A stretch of DNA of 64,000 bases from Macrostomum lignano (taxonomy: Eukaryota). Below the pieces are notes generated by a model. That model made no database searches. It had not been told where the DNA came from and saw only the letters and a list, made by a program, of their open reading frames with translations. The position numbers and the translations under genes were made by a program. Below, one piece after another: positions 1-12,091 of this stretch; the stretch's first letter is position 1; every line of letters begins with the position of its first letter. The stretch is from positions 101,818 through 165,817 of the forward strand of contig NIVC01002511.1 in the NCBI GenBank assembly GCA_002269645.1. Reading direction: 5' to 3'.

Positions 1-59
1 GCAACTGAGGATCTGGGAGGCTGGCTCAGCAACTGAGGATGTGGGAGGCTGGCCCAGCA
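1..59. repeat. End of a 28-bp minisatellite (gcaactgaggatctgggaggctggccca)
   Basis: Two units at the window edge, same unit as 3835-4223. Confidence 0.85.
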
Positions 60-854
60 ACTGTATTTCTGTGCGTATGGCTAGAGATAACCTAGAGAAT
101 AAATTTATCAATGGATATGGACGAGTAGCTACTCGATATTCTGTACTCATAGTAGGCACAATCGAGCAGTGCGATAATATTATTATAAAAAGAAAGTAAC
201 AAATGAAAACATAGAAATGCTGTTTACTGTAACAAACACAAATGAACTCTTTGAATAGACAACAATGCCTTTGATTTTGTTAATTTCAGCGGCACGAATT
301 CAAATATTTTATTTAGTCTCATACCGATTGCATGTTGATAAATAGACAATGGCTGCATCAATATATTGTAGCAAGAATTTGAAATGTTTAATTGTGTTCA
401 AACACATCAAAATGTGTATTAAAATGAATTTAGGGTTGTTTATTAAATGAAAAACTGAGTCAGTGAGTCTTGATAAACTTTCTCAACATCCATAGCTGAA
501 ATCAGTATTGGTGAAAAGAAATTATTTAAAAAACATAACATACTACTTTTGAACTTGAGTAATAAATAGATTAACAATAGGTAAATGTAGATTACCGGTT
601 AAATATCAGAAACTCTTTGTCTTTAGATTAAATGCTGTTGCAATGCTTTTAATATTTTTTTCAATTGACAAAGACAATTTAATTAACAGCAGAGTGAAAA
701 CAACTTGAGGGCACAATGCGAATTTCTAGGGTGGCGTATATAAATGAGAACTGAGTAGTTACTGTCAAACCAAAAAATCTGATAAAAAGCTATATTAATA
801 AGGCTAAGGAGGGAACAATAGAGAAAGTGCAATTCAAAGTTTCCACTTTCGATT

Positions 855-1300
855 TGGGAGAGAGGGATAAAGGGTGAGAGTGTGGGTGAATGTCGATGAG
901 ATTTTGACTGAGAGTCAGGGTGAGAGTCAGATAGAGAGTTGGGGTGAGAGTTGGGGTGAGAGTTGGTGTGTCAGGGTGAGAGTCAGATTGAGATTTGGGG
1001 TGAGAGTCCGGTTGAGAGTCAGGGTGAGTCCGGTTGAGAGTCAGGGTGAGAGTCAGGGTGAGAGTCAGGGTGAGAGTCGGGTTGACAGTTGGGGTGAGAG
1101 TCAGGGTGAGAGTTGGGGTGAGAGTTGGGGTAAGAGTCAGGGTGAGAGTTGGGATGAGAGTCAGATTGAGAGTTGGGGTGAGAGTCAGGTTGAGAATCAG
1201 GGTGAGAGTACGGCTGAGAGTCAGGGTGAGAGTCAGGGTAAGAGTCAGGTTGAGAGTCAGGGTGAGAGTTGGCGTGAGAGTTGGCGTGAGAGTCAGGATG
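855..1300. repeat. 12-bp minisatellite (gagagtcagggt / gagagttggggt variants)
   Basis: Direct inspection; it explains the TL/RV/ESQG ORFs. Confidence 0.92.
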
Positions 1301-1449
1301 GGAGAAATACAAGACTTATTACAATAAAACAAAAGAGAAAATCTGCCAAATTAAATTATTCATAAGCAACAGAAGTGTACAATAGATGCACACAGTGGCA
1401 GACAGAGATTCACATGAATAAAAGGCAGAACATAAAAAACCGAACCGAA

Positions 1450-4400
1450 TCAATCCAACAGTCTCACGCAGCAGATTGCATCCTCTGGTCGCATCTCCAG
1501 CAGGGCAACGCAGCCGTCATTGAAACTGAAGGCGTAGTCGCCATCGATCACCAACCTGGCGTCCCACATTCGAGACCGGACTCGAATCAGGTCCGTCACG
1601 CCGCGGCATTGATCGGCCGCGAACACGGAATTAACAACCGGATCCCGAACTGCCCAGGCCATGCGGATCAGCTCCGGGTCGAATGTTAACGCAGAATTGT
1701 AGTTGCGCGCTATGCTAGCGATTTCGGCTGGAGTGTAGCGGCGACTGCGGCTGCCACTGCCGTCAGGTGAGTCAGCTAATTGGTTGGCGTAGTGCAGGAT
1801 CTCCTCTACCTGGCTCTCGGCTGCAGGTGGGGGGATTTCTGGCTTTCTAGTTCGAGTTTAGGGGCGATTCCTAAAGTTTAGGGCAATTCCTAAAGTGAGT
1901 TTAGTGGCGATTCCTTAAGTGAGTTGAGGGCGATTCCTAAAGTGAGTTGAGGGCGATTCCTAAAGTGAGTTTAGTGGCGATTCCTAAAGTGAGTTTAGTG
2001 GCGATTCCTAAAGTGAGTTTAGTGGCGACTCCTAAAGTGAGTTGAGGGCGATTCCTAAAGTGAGTTTAGTGGCGATTCCTAAAGTGAGTTTAGTGGCGAT
2101 TCCTAAAGTGAGTTGAGGGCGATTCCTAAAGTGAGTTTAGTGGCGACTCCTAAAGTGAGTTTAGTGGCGATTCCTAAAGTGAGTTTAGTGGCGATTCCTA
2201 AAGTGAGTTTAGTGGCGATTCCTAAAGTGAGTTTAGTGGCGATTCCTAAAGTGAGTTTAGTGGCGATTCCTAAAGTTTAGGGCGATTCCTAAAGTGAGTT
2301 TAGTGGCGACACCTAAAGTGAGTTTAGTGGCGATTCCTAAAGTGAGTTTAGTGGCGACTCCTAAAGTGAGTTTAGTGGCGATTCCTAAAGTGAGTTTAGT
2401 GGCGATTCCTAAAGTGAGTTTAGTGGCGACTCCTAAAGTGAGTTTAGTGGCGATTCCTAAAGTGAGTTTAGTGGCGATTACTTAAGTGAGTTGAGGGCGA
2501 TTCCTAAAGTGAGTTGAGGGCGATTCCTAAAGTAAGTTCAGAGGCGATTTCTAAAGCTTAGGACGATTCCTTTAAAGTGAGTTTACAGCGATTCCTATAG
2601 AAATTTTAGAGCGATTCGTATAGAGATTTTAGGTCTTTAGGAGTTAAGGGAGTTAAGAATCTATTTTTAGCGGGAATTTAAATACGCGATTTCTTAGCGA
2701 CAATCAGACTTCAAGGGCGATTAAAAAATGAAAATTTTTTTAACTCACACAGGTGATTGATATGGAAATACCAAGAAGTGGAACCGGTCCCAGTGCACAC
2801 GGTCACTCCGGAGGATTTCTGCTTTCGCATTCGCCCCTCTCGGCCCAGTCCCATCTCATAATAGGACACTCTGGCCGAAAGGGACTCGCCGATGAACACT
2901 TCGTTCAGTGCGAGCACTGGCAGCGGGCTGAGCTCATGCTCCTGGCACTGCAGCATCGGCTGCCGGCGCAGCCAAGCCTCCTCGAGCTCCTTGTAGTGCT
3001 CCGAAAAGCGGTACTCCGGGTACTTTAGGTGTAACGACTGCAGGCGGCTGGCGCCATCGGCTGGGCTGTCCGCTGACGACTGGCTGCTGGAAGGCAATCC
3101 CGTTGACATGGAAACCCGGATGCGTTGCCGCCACAGCCAGCGGAACCTGGGCGGATGGGGAGCGGCGGATCAGGATCTGGGATGGGGAATGGGGATTTGG
3201 GATGGGGAATGGGGATTTGGGATGGGGAATGGGGATCTGGGATGGGGAATGGGTATCTGGGATGAGGAAAGGGGTCTAGGAGGCAGTGTTAGCTTGAACT
3301 GAGGCTATTGCGCAATTCGAGTTCTTAAACTGGGGATCTGGGATCAGCATTAAACCTGTCCGCCTCGTGACTAAAGGGCCGGTCCATTGTTCCGGACTGC
3401 GGGCCCATGATAAGCGCAGAGGCGCCGCTGTCTCTCTTGCAACCCAAACTGCCAACTCCGATGCGACACTGTGAGAACTGCTGTCAATATCAGAGCTCAA
3501 CTGGGTGCGAATTTGCCTCTGATGTCTGCATATTGAGCAGATGGAGGCGCAACTACTGATAATGTAAGCTGAGTGGCTGCTGCACCTGGGTCTGGGAGGG
3601 CGGTGGCTGAGCCTGGGGTCTGGGAGGGTGGTGGCTGAGCCTGGGGTCTGGGAGGGCGGTGGCTGAGCCTGGGGTCTGGGAGGGCGGTGGCTGAGCCTGG
3701 GGTCTGGGAGGGCGGTGGCTGAGCCTGGGGTCTGGGAGGGTGGTGGCTGAGCCTGGGGTCGGGAAGGGCGTGGCTGAGCCTGGGAGGGTGGTGGTTGAGC
3801 CTGGGAGGGTAAGTGGCTTGGCCTGGGGTCTGGGAGGGTGGCCCAGCAACTTAGGATCTGGGAGGATGGCACAGCAACTGACACTCTGGGAGGCTGGCCC
3901 AGCAACCGAGGATCTGGGAGGCTGGCTCAGCAACTGAGGATCTGGGAGGCTGGCCCAGCAACCGAGGATCTGGGAGACTGGCCCAGCAACTGACACTCTG
4001 GGAGGCTGGCACAGAAACTGAGGATCTGGGAGGCTTGCCCAGCTACTGACACTTTGGGAGGCTGGCCCAGCAACCGAGGATCTGGGAGGCTGGCCCAGCA
4101 ACTGAGGATCTGGGAGGCTGGCCCAGCAACTGACACTTTGGGAGGCTGGCCCAGCAACTGAGGATCTGGGAGGCTGGCACAGCAACTGACACTCTGGAGG
4201 CTGGCCCAGCAACCGAGGATCTGATGCGAGACTCCGCAGGCTCACCTTCCAGCCAGCAAGGCATCGATGGCATCGGGCGCAGTCTTGCTGGTCGGCATGC
4301 ACAGGTAGCCTTCTGACTTTCCCGGATCGGTGTTGACGCCAATCAAAGGCTTAGTGGCGGATTTAATCCGGCTGGCGGCCAGCAGAAAGGTGCCGTCGCC

Positions 4401-6053
4401 GCCAGCTGAAACCACGGCGTCGGCCCAGTCGATGGCGGCCAAGGTGTACATGTTGCGGGACACCACCTGGCAGTCGATGCCGCGCTGTCTGAATTGAAAT
4501 TTAGGTACAGATTGATCAGTGCTGGAGAGGAAGAGAGGGAGAGGGAAAGAGGGTGAAAGGGAAATAGGGAGAGGGGGAGTGGGAGAGTGAGAGAGAGAGG
4601 GAGATAGCAGAGAGGGAGTGGGAAAGAGGGAGAGGGAGGGAGGGAGGGAGGGAGGGAGGGAGGGAGGGAGGGAGGAGGGGGAGGGGTAGAGTGGGAGAGG
4701 GAAAGGGGGTGAGAGGTGAGGAAGAGAGGGAGAGGAAGAGAAGGAATGGGAGAGGGTAAGAGGGAGAAGAAAAGAGGGAGAGAGAGCGAGGTAAAGGGAG
4801 AGAGGGAGAGGGGGAGATGGAGAGGGAGACGGAGGGAGGAGGAAAGAACGAGAGGGAGGGGAAGGGAGAGAACACAAATGAAAGACAACTCACTGCAAAG
4901 CAGATTCAAGAGTAAGCTAAATCTTTTATGCTTATAAACATACATATATTAGTACTTTATATTAGCACATGTGAATTTACAGTTAAATTTAACTCACTGC
5001 AGATGAGCAACCAGCGAATTCAAGGTGCCATGGTGAATATTGTGGTGCAGCAGTAAATTATCGTAATCCGACCCTTTGCGCTTTAACTTAAATTTAGATG
5101 AAAAAGGATACGATTGTTGATTAACTTAGCAATTCTCTAAAACCTCAGATCCCTAAACTCTGAATCCCTAACTTTAAATGCATAAACTAATAAATACCCT
5201 AAAATCTAAATCCCCAAACTCCAAATCTCTAAACTCCAAATCCCCAAACTCCAAATCTGTAAGCTCCAAATCCCCAAACTCCAAGTCTCTAAACTCCAAA
5301 TCTCTAAACTCCAAATTCCCAAACTCCAAGTCTCTAAACTCCAAATCTCTAAACTCCAAATCCCCAAACTCCAAGTCTCTAAACTCCAAATCTCTAAACT
5401 CCAAATTCCCAAACTCCAAGTCTCTAAACTGCAAATCTCTAAACTCCAAATCCCCAAACTCCAAATCCCCAAACTTTAAATCCCCAAACTCTAAATCCCT
5501 AAACTCTAAATCCCTAAACTCCCCAAATCCCTAAACTCCAAATCTTTAAACTCCAAATCTCTAAACTCCACATTCTCAAACGATAAATCTTAATACTTCC
5601 ACTTGAAAGTCCATAAAATCCAAATCCCGAAACAACAAATCCAAGACCATAAATCCCTATAATCTAATTAATTCCGTAAAATTGAAATCCAAAAAGTAAA
5701 ATTTGTTAAACACTAAATTCATAAACTACAAATCCATAGGTGTCAATGCAGATATAATAGAGCAGAAACAAATCACTCACATGATCCTTCAGCTTCTCCT
5801 CAGACAGATGCGGATTAAGCGATCTCTCATACTCCAAGCGAGTAATTTTAGTTAGCAGCAGAAGTCGCCTGGGCTCAAAACCAGGCAGCTGCTGGGAGAA
5901 GCGCATGGCTGGCTGGCACCAACCGCCCGTGGCAGCAGAGGAGAGCAATTTAGCCAACTGTTTGGTACCAGTGCAGCATCGGTTGCACTGGCTGACAGTC
6001 GCAATGGCCAACTGACATCCATGCACTGTGCGAAGTATAACTGAACCAAGCAT
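1450..6053 (-). CDS. NADK2: Mitochondrial NAD kinase 2-like; 5 coding exons: 5781-6053, 4998-5086, 4246-4488, 2749-3146, 1450-1820 (about 457 aa)
   Basis: All junctions are GT-AG with matching phases. The spliced protein contains LLLLTKITRLEYE, KGSDY..L..HH.IH, the GGDGTFLLAAS motif, GVNTDP..SEGYLC, FRWLWRQRIRV, LALNEVFIGESLSARVSY, KSSGVTVCTGTGSTSW and SRMWDARLVIDG, all characteristic of the NADK2/C5orf33 family. The basic/hydroxylated N-terminus fits a transit peptide. The start codon at 6053 is less certain (alternative ATG at 5906). Confidence 0.93.
1850..2600. repeat. 24-bp minisatellite (ggcgattcctaaagtgagtttagt) in NADK2 intron 4
   Basis: About 28 units with occasional 22-bp variants. 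Confidence 0.93.
3155..3275. repeat. 20-bp G-rich repeat (gggatctgggatggggaatg) at the 3' end of NADK2 intron 3
   Basis: About 5 units. Confidence 0.8.
3585..4223. repeat. Compound 28-bp minisatellite in NADK2 intron 3 (type A ggctgagcctggggtctgggagggcggt, then type B gcaactgaggatctgggaggctggccca)
   Basis: Period of 28 measured in both halves; the two types share tctgggagg.tgg. Confidence 0.9.
4520..4870. repeat. GA/GGGA purine tract (pyrimidine tract on the transcript) in NADK2 intron 2
   Basis: Almost purely A/G on the plus strand. Confidence 0.9.
5140..5590. repeat. 15-bp minisatellite (aaactccaaatctct) in NADK2 intron 1
   Basis: Direct inspection; it explains the LEFRD/SKSLN ORFs. Confidence 0.9.
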
Positions 6054-7214
6054 TGCACTTATTAATATTCTGTTTTTTAAATATTAGTAGACTGATAGAT
6101 AGCAGGAAAATTTTGATTTAACATTGCACAATTGATTGAGTAGTTTTTAGGTTTGATGACTGGCTGTAAAATGTAAAATTTTTGGATAAAGACCTAATTG
6201 CATTAATGCTAGTTTGTCAAGCAATCTCAATTGTATTAGAGACAAAGCAAAGTAGAGACTTTGGTAAGGATATTTCTTGTTTTTGTTAAAAGGATAGGCC
6301 ACAATAAAGTGTTGATTAAATATAGTTAGCATGTGGTAAATCAGGTGGCAAATATGGATAGCAAATCAAAAATAAAAATATACTGCATAATTACAATTAT
6401 CTATCTGGTCATACTAAATTATCTACTTGCTGGTTGGAATTTTTATCAGTGGCTATTACTTGTCTAACTATAACTTTTTACTCTTTTTGTAGTGTGTTAT
6501 AAAATAATTCTACTTAAATTTATTGTAGTAAACTAACATATGCATATTCATATTATGGCTATGACATTTTCCCAAAGTAATGTTTTTACAAATCATAGAA
6601 ATCGCATTTTGGCAAAGAGTTATATTATATAAAAAATAGAATTATATTGCAATTTTACAAATCTGATAAATTGCAAAAGAAATGTTAAAGTGCCAAATAT
6701 ATAAAAAGTGTAAGTAACAAATAAAGAATAAGCTTTTACTTTACAAATTAAAAAAGGAAATTTGAAGTAATAAAGAAGTAAGAGAAACAAATCTATCTAT
6801 GCCTTGTTAGGTCTGACTCTAGGCCTAACCTTATTGCTTTGAGTTTTGTAACAAAGAAGATAGAATAGAGTTTGGTAGGATGCTTTGCAGTTGCAACATA
6901 GTAAGTATGACAAAAAGGTAGCCTATGGCTATGTTTTACTTGCATTACAGTAATATAATTTCAATCAAAAACTTCTAATAGCCATTCTTATCAACTAAAA
7001 TGATACAAATCTTGCTAAACTTTAGGATACAATTAATAAATAATATGCAACAAACTTGCTAAACTAATTAATAATTTAATAGGCTAAACTAAGCAATGCT
7101 CAAGACTTTGAAAATTCAACTTTATATTGCGCTGATAGGCTATGGCCTGGGTTTTTTGCTACTGCTAAGATTCAAAATAGCATCAAAGGTCATACTTCAA
7201 GTGCATGGTCATTT

Positions 7215-8228
7215 GCACTTGACAGCTGCTGTGACAACACCGGACGGCCTATTGGACTCCTTTGAGACATCCTCCGGAGTACTTCAGGGAGATATGCTGG
7301 CGCCGTCCTGTTCGTCCTGGTGCTTGACTGGGTGCTGCAGATTGCTCTTCCTACCGACGACGACGGTTTTCTGCTGCGGCGACGTGTGGGTCGAAGTCAA
7401 CCAGAGAAGCGGCTCAGCGTGCTTGGCTACGCCGACGACCTCGCCCTGTTGTCCTCGACAGTCAAGGGCGCCCAACGGCAGCTGGACAGGCTAGTTGCCA
7501 TTGCGGCGAGTGTCGGCCTGGTGGTCAACACGCAGAAGACCATTGTGCTATGCGTGCCGGACAACATCGAGGCTGCAATATTCTGCCGAGGCGCTGACGG
7601 GCAGGCGACCGAACTCCTGCGATGTCAGCAGTTCGTCTACCTTGGCGGTCTGGTTCCAGACGCTCGCAAGGACCTGCGACGCCGTCGCGGGCTTGCCTGG
7701 GCTGCTTTTCGTTCTGTGAGGGCAGTCCTAGCCTGCAGTCCGAGGCCCTACCAGACCGCCAGAGGGCGGCGCTGTTCCAGGCGGTAATCGAGACCGTCCT
7801 GCTGTACAACGCTGAGACCTGGACGCTGACGGACTCACTCGAACAGCAAGTCGATGCAGCGCACGCTGGCCTGCTGCGCACCACCTTCAACATCGGCGTC
7901 GAGCGAGTCACCAACGCGGCACTCTATCGCCGCGCTGGCCTGCCACGTCCAAGTGATCTACTGCGCCATTGGCGACTCCAGCTCGCAGGCCATCTCATCT
8001 GCGCCGAGTCGTACTGCCCACAGCCAGTGCAGGTGCTGCTGCTCACTCTGCAGGCACCCTACCGGCGAGGTCAAGCGCAAACTCGGCATTATGTCGACTG
8101 TCTGCTGGCTGACGCCGGCGCCCTGGACACTGCCGGTGCTGCGGCCTTTGTTCGCGCCCAAGCCATGAAGCGCACCCTGTGACGCTGACTTTTGCCATCC
8201 TGACAGCGTATTTTGTTGTTGTTGTTGT
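7215..8228 (+). mobile_element. 5'-truncated non-LTR retrotransposon (RTE-like), reverse transcriptase C-terminal half, frameshifted
   Basis: RT motifs SGVLQGDMLAP, LGYADDLALL, VGLVVNTQKT and VLLYNAETWTL lie across three frames (frameshifts near 7305 and 7728). Stop at 8182, then a short 3'UTR and a (TTG)n tail. A 10-bp TSD, atggtcattt, is at 7205-7214 and 8229-8238. Confidence 0.9.
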
Positions 8229-8596
8229 ATGGTCATTTATTTCATTTCACAAATAAGTATTTGTAAACTAATATAAAACATAAATTATGTTTTATAAAGG
8301 ATAAATATATTATAAAGCTTTTTTTTAATAATTAGTTTGCAGGTCATTTTAATATTTATATTCAGATGTAATTTTTTGAATTGAGCTACAAGTTTTCTTT
8401 AACAAAATAACACATGCATTCTTATTGTCACTATACACTTTTACCACTTTCTGCTTTTGTGCATTTAGCTACAAATATTCTTGGTCATGGTCAGCCTTTT
8501 ACCATTGTTCTTTAAATAAAATAACATTAATTTTTTGGCATTGTCCAATAAAAAGTAAACAAAGTCTAATTAGCAAAATAATCATACATTTGCAAC

Positions 8597-9875
8597 CAGT
8601 GTTGGGCACTTCCGTTACCGAGTAACTTGTAAATGGTAACGCAAGTTACTTTTTCGTAAAGCGTTCCTTACGCAAGTTACTTTCCTATTTTGGTAACGGA
8701 GTAACGGTAAGTTACTCAAATTTCGGAAGTCCGTTACAGTTACTTTGCAACAATCGCAATATTTAAATTTAAAACTGATATGCTTAGCTATTACTATAGT
8801 TGTCACATTTTTAGCATTTTTCATTCCTAAATTCAAAACTAAGTGAATAATATCATACGGTATTATGCTGTAATTAATAAAGAAATACTTGAAACATGTT
8901 TTTACTTTGTTATTTTCGGTAAAATATTTTTGCTTTTCGTTTTTAAGTTAATAAAAATATTTTGTTTAGTTCTTAGAAACAAAAAACCAAAGAAAGAAAT
9001 TCATCTGTAGTCTCCACAAATCCACTCAGTGATTGACGTAGCCAGGAATTTTAATTGGGGGGGGGGGGGCGGGTTGGCCTGGCTGGCCATGCCTCATGCC
9101 ATTGCCACTTTTAGCGCCGCAGGCACTCATTTTAGCGCCGCAGGCACTCATTTTAGCGCCGCAAGCACTCATTTAAGCGCCGCAGGCACTCATTTAAGCG
9201 CCGCAGGCACTCAATCGCCTCATGGATTTTGGTACCCGCCACGCCCAACCCCACCCCCCAGGTGGGGTGTCTTGCAGGTGGGGTGAAGTTGCCGCCCCAA
9301 CGATTGTTAAGGCGGCCTCCCTGGCTACACCACTAAAGTCCACTGGCACTGCACTGCACTGCACAATAATTTAATATTAATGATAATAATTGAAAATAAA
9401 TAAAAAGACTAGTAAAGCAGACTATAGAGTGGAGTAAAGCCAGGTACTTATTACGAGCGATGTATTATCAAGGACAACTGAAGTTACGTTAAGTTGTCCT
9501 TGTGTATTATAACTTATAATGTTATTAAAAATTAAATTGCGTTTTGCCTTTAACGTTTCTGACCTTCAGCTTCTTTTCTTTTTACGGAAAGGGCCTAAAG
9601 TGATTAAAATTTAATACAGTTACTGAAATTAATGTTGTTTTATTCTTCCTCCTGGCTTTCGTGATCATTTGTGCTGTTCCAGCGCATTTGCAATGTTAAA
9701 AAAGCAGAAAATTTTGTTAATAACATAGGTAACGGAAGTAAGTAATGGAAGTAACTTAAAAGTTACCGGGTTTTTGTATAAAGTTACTAGGCTAATGTAA
9801 GTTACTTTTTGAAAAAGTGGTAACTTGAGTTACAGTAACGCAAGTTACTTTTTTTGAGTAACTTGCCCAACACTG
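8597..9875. mobile_element. Non-autonomous hAT-like DNA transposon
   Basis: TIR cagtgttgggca...tgcccaacactg, a perfect 8-bp TSD tttgcaac (8589-8596, 9876-9883) and clusters of subterminal gtaac/gttac motifs at both ends. Confidence 0.9.
9027..9335. mobile_element. Small hAT-like MITE nested in the 8597-9875 element
   Basis: Degenerate TIR cagtg..acgtagccagg / cctggctacaccact, approximate TSD aatccact/agtccact, a poly-G run and five internal 21-bp units (agcgccgcaggcactcatttt). Confidence 0.65.
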
Positions 9876-11404
9876 TTTGCAACATTACTGACTTACACTG
9901 GCTGTGTAACTTACTTTTCAACCAAAAATGTAATTTACCTTTGAAAGAAAGCTAAGCAAAATAAACATAATTTTGGATAAACAACAAGAGTAACTATAAT
10001 AATATTATTTAGACTAAATGCTGCACCATCTAATTAGTACTATATGAACATTACTGGTGCTTTTTTAATAGCTAATCAGCATGCCACCTAATGGTAGCCT
10101 ATGAAGTAATTTGTAAATTGTCTTAATACAATGTAGTGAGCTTACTATATAAGTCATGATTCATGAAAGTCTAGAATGCTTATGCCTAGAAGAAAAGTGA
10201 AATAAATACAGTGTGATACAATTTGCAATGTATTATAGTGATGGATCGAAATTCGATTTCGATTTCGATATTCCGAATTTTGAAACTAATTACGCATTTG
10301 TTTCCCGATCGATATTCAGATTGATATTCGAAAACTAACAAAATCTCTGCTCTGCAAAAATATTTTAGAACGCCGTTTGACAGGAAAAAAAGTGCAACCA
10401 AGAACATTGCAAAAATTAAGTTTCAGCTTGATCCATCACTCTGGCTCGAAATGGCACCGATTTTCGATGTGCTCCCATTTAAAATACATGTGATTTTATA
10501 AGGCAGATCGATATTCGAGTTCGCTCACTTTGGCTTGACCATTCAACATGAAATTTTACACACTAAAAAGTGCAACTCAGAAACCGATAAATATACAGTT
10601 TCAGCTCGATCCGTCACTCTGGCTCGAAATGGCACCGATTTTCGATGTGCTCCCATTTAAAATACATGTGATTTTATAAGGCAGATCGATATTCGAGTTC
10701 GCTCACTTTGGCTTGACCATTCAACATGAAATTTTACACACTAAAAAGTGCAACTCAGAAACCGATAAATATACAGTTTCAGCTCGATCCGTCACTCTGG
10801 CTCGAAATGACACCGATTTTCGATGTGCTCCCATTTAAAATACATGTGATTTTATAAGGCAGATCGATATTCGAGTTCGCTCACTTTGGCTTGACCATTC
10901 AACATGAAATTTTACACACTAAAAAGTGCAACTCAGAAACCGATAAATATACAGTTTCAGCTCGATCCGTCACTCTGGCTCGAAATGGCACCGATTTTCG
11001 ATGTGCTCCCATTTAAAATACATGTGATTTTATAAGGCAGATCGATATTCGAGTTCGCTCACTTTGGCTTGACCATTCGACTCGAAGTTTTGTTACATTT
11101 TGATAGCAAACATTTTTTTATCTTGCTCATTTATTTTACGCAGGAGGCAGAACATTGTTAAGTTCGGATGTTGGTGCATTCAGAAAAGTATATACAATGA
11201 GGAACGCGAAATCTATAGCTCTCGTATATAGCTCACAGAAGGCAGGTTGCGGATCTAATTAGGGGTTGCAAATCTTATTCAGCTTCCCGAAGAATGGTGT
11301 TTTCTAAGCAATACTAAGCAAGCAGTACATTCTATTTATTGCCTCGTCTTGCAATTTCCAGCAGCTATGTGAGAATTACCTTACTTATTAAATTAAGACT
11401 TAAA

Positions 11405-11526
11405 GCAGGGGGGCAACAGCCCTCGGCCCCAGGGCCAGATCCAGCCCTTCCAATTCGCCCCCAAGGCCCTTGGTGATCTAGCATTGCATTAGGCCCCACT
11501 CAAGAAATTCCTGGATCCGCACCTGA
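11405..11526. mobile_element. Remnant of a CAGG-terminated MITE inside the foldback element
   Basis: GC-rich island ending aaattcctggatccgcacctg, similar to the termini of the other MITEs; no clear TSD. Confidence 0.4.
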
Positions 11527-11716
11527 CTGATGGAGTATGAGAATTTGTAATGGAAAAATATAACAATAAAAACGGTGCGATTGCACGGACGATGAGATAC
11601 GCGATTCATAATTCCTACTATACGATTGCCTGTATGCTTTAAGAAACAGTCTAGATGTACTCGTAAAATTAAAAAAGCGCTGGTTAAATTCACTAGTTTG
11701 CTGTTGCTTCGTTCGT

Positions 11717-11821
11717 TCAGATCGAAAATAAGTTTTGGCAGCTCGAACAGATAAAGGTGTCGGTCGGGCCACTGGCCACGCATTTGTCGTGGTACCAATT
11801 CAGGCAGGATGGGCATTCAAT
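11717..11821 (-). CDS. Terminal exon completing a PHD finger
   Basis: CTACAG| IECPSCLNWYHDKCVASGPTDTFICSSCQNLFSI*. With CSTC from the previous exon this gives the full C4HC3 pattern. It is not in the ORF track. Confidence 0.82.
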   Translation of the reverse strand: MECPSCLNWYHDKCVASGPTDTFICSSCQNLFSI

Positions 11822-12091
11822 CTGTAGTAGGTAATTTAATTTCAGCGTTAAATGGGGTTTCCCCAACTTTTATTTAGCATATCAGTAATGGTTAATTACT
11901 TCCTTTTTAGCTTTTTTTGCCACTGTTGGCTACCTACAGTGAAATGGTTTTAGTACTAGCTACTTATCGGCGATATATCGTTAATACTCGTAGATTAGCC
12001 TATTTCCGGAAATAACGACTTCAACGAAGAGCAGCATAATATAGTAAAGCCTTTAAAATGTAGTCAATAAAGCAAGCGTACTGCTACCCAC

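Noticed and set aside
5140-5590. Interstitial telomere (CCCTAA-like hexamers)
   Set aside because: There are only scattered ccctaa matches within a 15-bp unit and no true (TTAGGG)n run.
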